DNA of 32,000 nt from Candidatus Poseidoniaceae archaeon (GTDB taxonomy: Archaea; Thermoplasmatota; Poseidoniia; Poseidoniales; Poseidoniaceae). The stretch covers positions 210,001 to 242,000 of the forward strand of contig CALSTM010000003.1 in the NCBI GenBank assembly GCA_943789275.1, read 5' to 3'. This document shows positions 9,675 to 17,414 of the stretch, piece by piece; the first letter of the stretch is position 1, and every line of letters begins with the position of its first letter. Below the pieces are notes generated by a model that saw nothing but the letters and a program-made list of their open reading frames with translations, made no database searches and was not told where the DNA came from. A program made the translations under genes and the position numbers.

Positions 9675-9678
9675 AAAG

Positions 9679-10471
9679 TTATTTTCTTCGATGCCAGGGC
9701 TTGCCTCCCCACCAAGGGGGGTGCTGAAACTTCAATCTCTTCATATGGAAATCATTACTGATTGTTCTAGTTATGGAATTACCTTGCCACTTCCCCCCTC
9801 GCTTACCCTTGATACCTCGCTTGTTGAGTGACCTAGCCAAAGCGGCAGTAGCCATGCCATTTTCATTAATTTGCCATGCCATGTAGTCGATGCAGTCTTG
9901 CTCAGTCCAATTGGGAACAAACATGCCATTCTCATCAACATCCCACCCAAAGATTGACTTCGTGAATTGTTTGTTTGTTGCTCGAAGTTGATTCATGGCT
10001 TCTACTGTTCGTTCTGAAATCAATCCTCTTTCCATTTCAGCGAGGGCGCCCATCAGTGTTAGAAAAAATCGACCCATCGTGGTTGAAGTATCTACAGCCT
10101 CACCGTTCAAATCCACAATGTGTAGATTGATATTTGCATCATTAAGTTCATCGATTGTTATCAAAACGTCTGTCGTCAATCTGAACATCCTATCTAATTT
10201 CATCGTAATGAGGTCGCTGTATTGGCCTGTGCTCAATCTTCGTTTGAGTATTCGACCTTTCGGCCTATCCCACAGTGGAATACCTCCACTCACACCTTCT
10301 TCGATAATGATGTCATCTGGACTGAGGTTCAATTTCTTGTATCTTACATATTCGAGAATTCTTCTCTTCTGAGCTTGTATGCTCACACCTTCATCCACCT
10401 GCCTCTGTGATTGAAACTCGAATGTAGGCTACGCTTTTTGCTCGTTGGTTAGGTTGATTATTATGCAACAT
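9679..10471 (-). pseudogene. serine recombinase (resolvase/invertase catalytic domain plus partial Recombinase domain), interrupted by a 1-nt frameshift just after the catalytic Ser codon
   Basis: The main frame 9679-10398 contains VDEGVSIQAQKRRILEY...GRFFLTLMGALAEMERGLISERT and IFGWDVDENG. It lacks the AxYxRVS catalytic strand, and an in-frame TAG sits at 10429-10431. A different frame from ATG 10471 reads MLHNNQPNQRAKSVAYIRVS. Deleting the single base at 10411 joins it to SQRQVDEGVSIQAQ, giving the canonical RVSSxxQxxxGxSxxxQ spacing. Confidence 0.8.
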
Positions 10472-10492
10472 TTCTGAAGATTGTGATACTTT

Positions 10493-10500
10493 CTATTTAA
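10493..10500 (-). promoter_or_regulatory. TATA-like box (TTAAATAG) for the recombinase, flanked by a 7-bp inverted repeat
   Basis: TTAAATAG on the minus strand ends 21 nt upstream of ATG 10471, consistent with a leaderless archaeal start. TTGTGAT (10481-10487) and ATCACAA (10504-10510) bracket it. Confidence 0.35.
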
Positions 10501-10528
10501 TACATCACAACGTCGGAAATTTCACGCA

Positions 10529-10742
10529 GTTGGAACAATCAACCAATCGTTAATCATAATTGCACATGGGTTCAAGCAAATAACCCTTGAAACATGTTGA
10601 TTGATTTTCAACGGTATGTTTGAACCCCTGTTTGAACAATCAACCAATCGATTAGGATAGGTTGCAAGGGGTTATCCGAAACCCCATTCAACTTCCAAAT
10701 CCGGTTTGAAGGGGATGCAGTCGGTCTGTTGGGTTCGCTACC
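10529..10742 (+). repeat. left copy of a ~210-bp imperfect direct repeat (partner at 20033-20246)
   Basis: It aligns by eye with 20033-20246 along its whole length. The alignment is strongest in the right ~145 bp, e.g. TTGAACAATCAACCAATCGATT / TTGAACCATCAACCAATCAATT, TATCCGAAACCC and GGTCTGTT.G.TTCGCTACC. It contains a ~20-bp motif three times: direct at 10531-10550, inverted at 10587-10614 and direct at 10631-10652. Confidence 0.85.
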
Positions 10743-11051
10743 GTTCCAACCATATACAGTCGCAAGGGCCCGCTTCCAACTTTTTTAAATGTATTATATT
10801 CACGCTATCCATCCAATTACTCTTGAGTGAATGGGGGCGTTGCGATTGGCATGACAAAAGTGCCTTTATATTGAAAAAATGATATTTCTACTCAATAACC
10901 TAATACAAATAGATGAAGAATCATTCTGAGGGTGGCAATCAGGAAGACCATGCAAAAGATACGGCAGAAATAACATGTTCAAGACCAACTTTATGGGCAT
11001 TAACGTTCTAGGTTCGCGGGCTGTAGCAACCCTCTATGAGGTTCAGTAATA

Positions 11052-11069
11052 TCTTTTGATGTCAAAAGA
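11052..11069. other. perfect 8-bp-arm palindrome TCTTTTGA-TG-TCAAAAGA followed by a T-rich run
   Basis: Read directly from the sequence. It lies in the 800-bp non-coding stretch, and GTTTGTTTGTT follows on the plus strand. Confidence 0.5.
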
Positions 11070-11178
11070 GTTTGTTTGTTCATTAAGTATTAAGCCACAA
11101 CCGGTATATAAAGAGGTGTACCCTGCTGGCCTGGTGACTTTTGAGCGTTCAATAGAAATAGATTTATTTCAGAAACAC

Positions 11179-11196
11179 CAATTAAAATTTTAATTG
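11179..11196. other. perfect 18-bp AT-only palindrome CAATTAAAATTTTAATTG just downstream of the 982-aa gene stop
   Basis: Read directly. It lies 12 nt beyond the stop codon (11208-11210) on the minus strand. It could be a terminator-like or protein-binding element. Confidence 0.45.
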
Positions 11197-11207
11197 AATA
11201 AATACGA

Positions 11208-14156
11208 TCATTCATTTTCTTCACTATCCGAAAGGTAACCATCCTTTAATTGACCCCACAGAAGGGACATTGCTGGTTTATCTTGATGTGTATTGATGTC
11301 CCTAAAAGTCGTGCTTGAAACGATCGTTCGGCCATCAAACACCACAGGGAATAAAACCAATCGACTCCATAAAATCCATTCTCGATCTGTGGTTTTACGT
11401 ATACGTTGGAAGGCACGTTCGATTGTTTCTTGTGTATTTGGTAATGTATTCGCACTCCCCGAAGGTGCATCCTCGTCGAAAACATCCAAAACATCCATCA
11501 GTTCCTCGTATTCTTCCGGGGTAAGTTCGTATGGGCCTTCGAATTTATTTGATAGCGGAGTCTGGATGAACGAAGTCCAATCTTCATAATGAATACCTTC
11601 AAAATTAAGTCGGGTTCGAGACTTCTCTAGTATTGAGACCATTGAACACTCAGGGCCTCTTCTCGGCAATCCGTTTGAGAGAAGATATTCGAGATCTAAA
11701 TCTCCACGGATCAGTTCTTTATCGTGGCGGTCATCAAACTTCAATGGATTGAAATGGATACCAAGATGTCCCTTCTGTTTTATGAGTATTTTTAATCTTG
11801 ATAATATGTCATCATTAATCTCACATTGATGAAGTTCAGGATTATTTTCAAAATAAGTTGCCTCGCTCTTCAGCCATTCACTGTGCATGAACTTCAAGAG
11901 AACGCGAACCTGATCGATAACCAGGACACTGCTGTCCTGATAAGGTTGGCGAAGTGGCTGTTCAAGCAACAAACGTGCGATCTGTTCAACACGGGCCGTG
12001 AGCACATACAAACGTGCAAACGAGACCCTCAACATCTGGTCGACAAGTTGAGCCTTGTCGTACAATTTTGAATCACCATCGTGCTGCAACACCCTCATCG
12101 GTGCCTGAGCAGCTTCTTGGGCCGCATGAATGATATCGTGAATGTGAATCGATTTCAAAGAAGACGGAAATCCACTGGTATCCACTGAAGATTGCCTTGC
12201 AGCACGATCAAGTCGGTCCTCAATATTGAATGGTGCTTGGTCAGCGATGAGATGTTCGATCAAATTCATCGAAGTCGCAGCAAACATGAGCGGGTCCATT
12301 CTATTGACGCGGTTGACATTTTTTCGGGAAAGAATGTTCTTTTTCAATTGAGCCTTAGTGTCGGCTGGCTCAGGAAGACGATGGCTCACAAAGGGCTTGT
12401 TGTTGGGGTTGCCTTTCAAATGACCAATGGAAAATTGTGGACGGTTTTTGACTGCGCCGCTGACTTTCCATGTGCTGTTTTTTCCCTCGTGATTGAACAT
12501 TTTTTCTAAATTTCCAAAGTAGTTGTTTTCATCTGGTTCTTTCAAAATCAATTGCATGTACGCCATCAAAATTGATATCTGCGATTGGTTGATAGAAGAT
12601 TGAGGGAAATATTGCAAATGTTTGGATTTGTGATTCTCTTCCACGCCCCAAATCCAACGAGGCAGAAGTCCCACTTTGGAGGTGAACGGATTTAATTCTC
12701 TTGGATCACCAATCAAACGGATTAATCTCCCGAGGCCGGATGGGTTGCCTTGCGAGGCAGATCTATCAAACATGTCATTCATGGATGCTTTTCTGAAGAG
12801 TCCTCTGATTCTTGCTGGACAATCCCTTTCATCGTCCCATCCCATCTCGATGTACTCCTCTATCAGTTTCGATTTTTGTTGAAAGTCTTCAGCATCGTCT
12901 TGTGAGATTTCCCCCTCTTTTACTTCCTTCTCGAAGTAATTCGGTTTAGACATCTCTAGGAGAATCGCCGGAACAATATTTGAGAGAAGGATACCCCTAT
13001 CTTGTTTAAGCTTGGAAAGAACCATTTCCTTCATCCAAGCATCGGTTGTTGTGACGGAATCAACAGCTTCTGTTAACTTTTCATACAAATCAATTATCTC
13101 AGTCGAAAATTCCAATCGAAGGGTGAGTTGGTTGATCGGGGGGTTATCATCATCGCCATTCGTAGCCGTCTGATCTTTTTTATCAGTCTTGACAAAAGGC
13201 CTTGTTTCGTTGACAAGATTGTGGCACATCACGCGCAAGGTGCTTTCGATGTGAAGCACAGACGAGATGTGCAATTTTCCGGCAGAATCCCGAATAAAAC
13301 TCCTGATTGCATTGAAAATGTTCTTGAGTTTGTCCTTGTCCGAGTTCTGTTCAAACTCTTTTAATGTTTGAGACGCTGCATTCTTTGAATTGAGGGTGAT
13401 TCTTTTGGAAATTTCAAACAGGGCGCGTATCCATAATTCTGCTTCAGTGGCATCTGCTTCTGTACTTGGTTGAATTTCGCTAAACAACAACGGACTGAAC
13501 GAAATTAAACCCTTGACATCCTCTGGCATGAATGCCTTTTCGTGGATTTTCAATTTCGAACCTTGCTTCGCCAGCATCAACGCTGGAGCGATCAAACCTC
13601 TTGCCCTCAACACCAATGTAGATTCATAGATGACCGCAATTTCCCACCAATTGACTGCAGATTCGGATTTGTTTTCTCGAATGATGGCATACCCCTTGTT
13701 GACGACAAAATTCGTTAATTCTTGATTGACTCGACAGTAGTCGCTAAGTTCATGCTGTGTGATTGTCGTTTTTTGGCCGGCGAGGGCTTCGGCACTGAGT
13801 TTACCGTTGAATGCGGTATTGATGCGGGCTATGATCCGGCGAAGGAGACAGATGTCATGCCATAGTTGAAAGGTTTTTTTTGAATGTTCAGCGTTATTCC
13901 ATTCCGAAACTTTGCGAATCGTTTCTTTGCTTAACTCAAGAAGTTCTCTTGTAAGTCGTTCAATTCGTGCTTTGGGCCGGTTGTGCACTGGTCCATTTGA
14001 TGAAGGTAGAACGCCATGTATGCAATCAACGATTGCGCTTGTAAGTGCGTTTGCTTCAAACAATACTGTGTGCGATTCACGGCCCATCATGTCCACTCTC
14101 ATGACGCCACATAACGTGAGTATATTTAAGCATGTTATGGTTGCATTCTCAAACAC
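11208..14156 (-). CDS. large hypothetical protein (982 aa in the longest frame), no recognisable domain; divergent partner of the NERD/SbcCD-like operon
   Basis: This is a long uninterrupted ORF in a low-GC stretch. I see no Walker A, nuclease or methylase motif, and the composition looks mostly alpha-helical. The likely true start is ATG 14102 (MRVDMMGRESH...), because a TATA-like box sits 18 nt upstream of it. Confidence 0.8.
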   Translation of the reverse strand: MFENATITCLNILTLCGVMRVDMMGRESHTVLFEANALTSAIVDCIHGVLPSSNGPVHNRPKARIERLTRELLELSKETIRKVSEWNNAEHSKKTFQLWHDICLLRRIIARINTAFNGKLSAEALAGQKTTITQHELSDYCRVNQELTNFVVNKGYAIIRENKSESAVNWWEIAVIYESTLVLRARGLIAPALMLAKQGSKLKIHEKAFMPEDVKGLISFSPLLFSEIQPSTEADATEAELWIRALFEISKRITLNSKNAASQTLKEFEQNSDKDKLKNIFNAIRSFIRDSAGKLHISSVLHIESTLRVMCHNLVNETRPFVKTDKKDQTATNGDDDNPPINQLTLRLEFSTEIIDLYEKLTEAVDSVTTTDAWMKEMVLSKLKQDRGILLSNIVPAILLEMSKPNYFEKEVKEGEISQDDAEDFQQKSKLIEEYIEMGWDDERDCPARIRGLFRKASMNDMFDRSASQGNPSGLGRLIRLIGDPRELNPFTSKVGLLPRWIWGVEENHKSKHLQYFPQSSINQSQISILMAYMQLILKEPDENNYFGNLEKMFNHEGKNSTWKVSGAVKNRPQFSIGHLKGNPNNKPFVSHRLPEPADTKAQLKKNILSRKNVNRVNRMDPLMFAATSMNLIEHLIADQAPFNIEDRLDRAARQSSVDTSGFPSSLKSIHIHDIIHAAQEAAQAPMRVLQHDGDSKLYDKAQLVDQMLRVSFARLYVLTARVEQIARLLLEQPLRQPYQDSSVLVIDQVRVLLKFMHSEWLKSEATYFENNPELHQCEINDDILSRLKILIKQKGHLGIHFNPLKFDDRHDKELIRGDLDLEYLLSNGLPRRGPECSMVSILEKSRTRLNFEGIHYEDWTSFIQTPLSNKFEGPYELTPEEYEELMDVLDVFDEDAPSGSANTLPNTQETIERAFQRIRKTTDREWILWSRLVLFPVVFDGRTIVSSTTFRDINTHQDKPAMSLLWGQLKDGYLSDSEENE
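14121..14129 (-). promoter_or_regulatory. TATA-like box TTAAATATA for the 982-aa gene
   Basis: On the minus strand, TTAAATATA is followed by 18 nt and then ATG 14102. This spacing fits an archaeal leaderless transcript. Confidence 0.4.
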
Positions 14157-14268
14157 ATTAAGGTTGCATCTGCGCTCAGATTTAGAAAGTCATAAACGAA
14201 AAAATCAATGCTAAGGATTGAAAATATGTTAGCACAGGTTTCATTAACTGGGACCAATTGGCAAACTC

Positions 14269-14892
14269 GTGCGAACACAGTCAGAGTTCAGAAAGCTTCG
14301 TCGAGAAATGGCGCCTTACGTGGAAGTCATTGCAAAAATTGGTGCAACTACGGTCAAATCGATCTTCGATGATGTGTGGAACAAAGAGGAAAAGGATATC
14401 GGATTCGAAGAAGACGATGCTTGGATGTCTCGATTTCTTGCAAAAATGGTCATTGATGATCTCATCGAAGACCAAGAGCAGTCCCGAACCCCCAAAGACG
14501 TTACACTTCTACATCAAAACATAGTGGAATCGATGGCGACTGTATTGCTTCAATGCCTCAAAACTCGAGCGATCATCGTTGAAGGCTATGTTCCATCGAT
14601 GACGACAGAATACGTGGTCTCTGAGTTCGTGAAGATGGCTATCAATGATTCAAATCTGGACCGCGCTATAATTGCATGGCGCTTATTGGAGGATCTTTCG
14701 ATGAGCTTTGGGCCAGCTATGCGGCGGTTAGCTCCTATTTTTACGTTAGCCAGGGAAGAAGTATCGGAATCCAAGGATCCTTCCTATGGTACGTTTGTTT
14801 TGATCGCAAATCTCACAGATCGCAGGATTGATCAAATGATTCTGAGGAAAATCGCGGCTGACGATACGGAAGAAGGGTGGTGGTGCGCATGA
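14269..14892 (+). CDS. hypothetical acidic helical protein, first gene of the operon
   Basis: 207-aa ORF with a GTG start at 14269 and an alternative ATG at 14308. Its stop overlaps the next gene's start as ATGA. No motif recognised. Confidence 0.65.
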   Translation: MRTQSEFRKLRREMAPYVEVIAKIGATTVKSIFDDVWNKEEKDIGFEEDDAWMSRFLAKMVIDDLIEDQEQSRTPKDVTLLHQNIVESMATVLLQCLKTRAIIVEGYVPSMTTEYVVSEFVKMAINDSNLDRAIIAWRLLEDLSMSFGPAMRRLAPIFTLAREEVSESKDPSYGTFVLIANLTDRRIDQMILRKIAADDTEEGWWCA

Positions 14893-16166
14893 TGAACATT
14901 TTCACAAATATTGGATGGTATCTCAGGGCTTCTAAAGAACGGAAAAAGCCATCCGATGGAATGCGCATTGCTGCTGAGAAGGCCGAGCTGGACGTCTTGG
15001 ACGCAATCGAGGAGATGCCCGGGGTCATTTCGGCTTGGCATGCGATCAGAATTCAAGATCCCACTCGCCGAATTGGTGCGGGCGAAGTCGATGTTATGGC
15101 CTTAACGAACAAGGGATTCGTTTGCATTGAAGTCAAGCACTGGACAGGAGCGGTTCAAATGATGGATGGAGACATTGTTCAAGAGAAGTTGCAAAAGAAA
15201 CGCCCTGTTTTTGAACCCCTCGAGAAGAAGGCCGTACATCTCAAGCGATGTGCTCAAACCCTGATTCAGGATGATGCGCTCGAGGTAATTACGCTCGTCG
15301 TTTTGACAAACCCTAATGCGAAAGCCAGTCATGATGTCTTGCAACACCCCAGAGTAGCGACGTTGAAGTCCCTCTCCGAGAAAATCAATCGCGGGTTCAG
15401 CGACCACGAACCGCTCAGCACCCACACACTGAACAATTACACTCAACTAGCCGCTTGTTTCGGCACTTGGGATTCGCTGGGATATGAAGGAGGCGCAACG
15501 CACATCGGCGATTTTGATGATCAGTTGATGCCACAAGAGTGGAGCAGAGACAAATATCAAGACATCGAGATTTCTATCGCTCATGGATTTTGGAAAACCA
15601 TTTTCTCAGGCCCGAAACTATCGATCCGCCTCACGGGCTGGGATGGCAAGGTAACGGTGGAGAACCTCACTCCGCCACTGCTCATCAAACACACCTCACC
15701 ATGGGAGAACGGTGGGATTGACAACAAGGGACATTATCCTGTCTCTTATCTTCGAACCATAACTTATGGTTTCCAGTACGACGCTTTTGGAGAGCATCAC
15801 GCACGGCGACTCGAGATGAACCTTCAATATCCGACAGAAGAACCATCCATCAGTCTTGGCAAAGAAGTACATTTGAAGCGCAAACACAACGATGCTGGGC
15901 GCCCACCGAGGATCGACTATTCGCAAAAATTCTCACCGGGGAGTCGTCACAAAGGCACCATTGTCAGGCATCTCAAAGACGAGGATGGCAACGTTTACGC
16001 GATGCTTGTGGCACTCGTTGAGCGGAAGGTCAAAGGACGGATTCGAATCCGCGACTTAGACGCTGTTCATCCAGACCTTTTCGATAGGGCTTATGGCGTT
16101 GGGACCCCGCTGGACGTGAGGATTAAAAGCTATACAAGCCCAAAGAAGATCGACCTACACATCTAA
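14889..16166 (+). CDS. NERD-domain (PD-(D/E)xK-like) nuclease with a tentative C-terminal S1/OB-like domain
   Basis: The NERD pattern is GEVDVMALTNKGFVCIEVKHWTG with flanking AEKAELDVLDAI and PLEKKAVHLKR. The C-terminal ~80 aa, GSRHKGTIVRHL...GNVYAMLVAL...KGRIRIRDLD...GTPLDVRIKSY...KIDL, resembles an S1 fold. ATG 14889 overlaps the upstream stop; the track start is 14877. Confidence 0.8.
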   Translation: MMNIFTNIGWYLRASKERKKPSDGMRIAAEKAELDVLDAIEEMPGVISAWHAIRIQDPTRRIGAGEVDVMALTNKGFVCIEVKHWTGAVQMMDGDIVQEKLQKKRPVFEPLEKKAVHLKRCAQTLIQDDALEVITLVVLTNPNAKASHDVLQHPRVATLKSLSEKINRGFSDHEPLSTHTLNNYTQLAACFGTWDSLGYEGGATHIGDFDDQLMPQEWSRDKYQDIEISIAHGFWKTIFSGPKLSIRLTGWDGKVTVENLTPPLLIKHTSPWENGGIDNKGHYPVSYLRTITYGFQYDAFGEHHARRLEMNLQYPTEEPSISLGKEVHLKRKHNDAGRPPRIDYSQKFSPGSRHKGTIVRHLKDEDGNVYAMLVALVERKVKGRIRIRDLDAVHPDLFDRAYGVGTPLDVRIKSYTSPKKIDLHI

Positions 16167-16167
16167 T

Positions 16168-16284
16168 ATGGAAGTGAAAAATATGAACATGAATAAAGAA
16201 ACAGAAGAAGCGAACATGGGGATTCCTCGGAAACCCCATGCGATTTTGACGACCTTGATATATAGTGGGCAGGGGGTTTGTTGA
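16168..16284 (+). CDS. possible 38-aa micro-ORF bridging the NERD and phosphoesterase genes
   Basis: ATG 16168 lies 1 nt after the NERD gene's TAA. It translates as MEVKNMNMNKETEEANMGIPRKPHAILTTLIYSGQGVC. Its TGA (16282-16284) overlaps ATG 16284 of the next gene as TGATG. It is below the 60-aa track cutoff. Confidence 0.3.
   Translation: MEVKNMNMNKETEEANMGIPRKPHAILTTLIYSGQGVC
16215..16240 (+). other. hairpin CATGGGG-(12 nt)-CCCCATG carrying the GGGG..TCC..GAAACCCC motif also present in both flanking repeats
   Basis: A 7-bp perfect stem read directly. The related motif occurs at 10668-10685 (GGGGTTATCCGAAACCCC) and 20175-20191 (GGGGGTATCCGAAACCC). Confidence 0.5.
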
Positions 16285-17414
16285 TGAGCATCAAGATTCT
16301 CGCAACCGGCGATTTTCAGTTGGATAAGACGTTTGGAACGCTTGGCGAATACGCAGGAGCCTTCCGCCAGCAACTTATGGCCACCTTCAAGCACGTGATG
16401 CTTGAAAGCACCAAAGATCATGACATCGTCCTCATTGCTGGAGACCTTTTTGACCGAATGGGAACGCCGATTCACATCATTCAAGAGGTCGCTGAAACTC
16501 TTGCAAAATGCCCGATTACGTGCGTCGTCCTCCCTGGAAACCACGATCCTGTCATCAGCGGAATCCCGAAGGCATTGAGCGAGGCTCTGAAAGCCAAGAA
16601 TGCAAGTCACGTCCATGTGGCGTTGAAGCGTGAGCCAATCCATTTCGAAGCGCTTGGAATGACATTGTATCCGGCGCCGCTCTTTCGTAAGGATGACATC
16701 TCAAACCAATACGCTTGGATTCCAGCGCGAAAAGATGGAGATGGGTTACGCGTAGCCCTCATGCACGGAGCTCTTACCACCCTGCCGAACGGGCTGATTC
16801 CTGAAGATGTCGCCAATCAGATGGACCTCGACCTCGTAATTTGCGGAGATCAACACGGTCCTTTATCGGGAGATTCTGAGGCTTCACCACTGTTTAACCT
16901 TGCAACTTCGAAAGCTCGTCGCTTGTATTACGCAATGGCTCCCGAGGCACAAAACATCAGTCAGAACTTCACGGGAAGCGTTCTGAGTCTTGAGGTGGAC
17001 GATGCTCATGCAGTCATGGATGCATCGAGAATCGATGTCGGCGTCTTGCGCTTTGTAAACGGCAGCGTAAACTTCGCTGGTGAGAGCGACATTGAGGGGC
17101 AACTTGCTCCATTCTTCGAACCGTACAACGAGCAGCAGCCTGGACTGGTAAGTCTTCGGCTTGAACTCACAGGCGAAATCACACGCGATGAGTCGGTTGC
17201 ACTGCAGGCTCAACTGGAAAACCTTCGGCAGCAATGGCCGCTTCTCGATGTGAAGAATCTGGTTGCCGTTCCTCAGGAGGATGCTGAACTCGCAGGTCCT
17301 GAAAACCCCCTCCAAACAATGATCCAAGATGCCCTTCATGCTTCTGATGCTTCTGAAGAAATACGAGCCAAAGTCATTGAGTTGCTACCAATTATCATCG
17401 GGAGGTGCGACTAA
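16284..17414 (+). CDS. SbcD/Mre11/YhaO-like calcineurin-type metallophosphoesterase with non-canonical motifs I and VI
   Basis: Motifs in order are ATGDFQLD (canonical DxH), AGDLFD (GDxxD), LPGNHD (GNHD), LMHGA (H) and CGDQHG (canonical GHxH). The C-terminal LRLELTGEI region is like the SbcD/YhaO capping domain. The stop overlaps the next start as TAATG. Confidence 0.8.
   Translation: MSIKILATGDFQLDKTFGTLGEYAGAFRQQLMATFKHVMLESTKDHDIVLIAGDLFDRMGTPIHIIQEVAETLAKCPITCVVLPGNHDPVISGIPKALSEALKAKNASHVHVALKREPIHFEALGMTLYPAPLFRKDDISNQYAWIPARKDGDGLRVALMHGALTTLPNGLIPEDVANQMDLDLVICGDQHGPLSGDSEASPLFNLATSKARRLYYAMAPEAQNISQNFTGSVLSLEVDDAHAVMDASRIDVGVLRFVNGSVNFAGESDIEGQLAPFFEPYNEQQPGLVSLRLELTGEITRDESVALQAQLENLRQQWPLLDVKNLVAVPQEDAELAGPENPLQTMIQDALHASDASEEIRAKVIELLPIIIGRCD

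Noticed and set aside
10725-10752. tRNA 3' fragment as integration target (GGGTTCGCTACC...CCAACCA looks a little like a T-arm plus CCA).
   Set aside because: No acceptor, D or anticodon arms can be drawn upstream. The T-loop consensus GTTCRAATC is absent. The matching copy at 20235-20246 lacks the CCA context.
10399-11207. Replication origin (AT-rich stretch flanked by repeated motifs that could be ORB elements).
   Set aside because: There is no orc1/cdc6 gene in the window. The repeated motif (ATCAACCAATC core) does not resemble ORB or mini-ORB consensus sequences as I know them. The second repeat copy is not arranged as an inverted pair around the AT-rich region.
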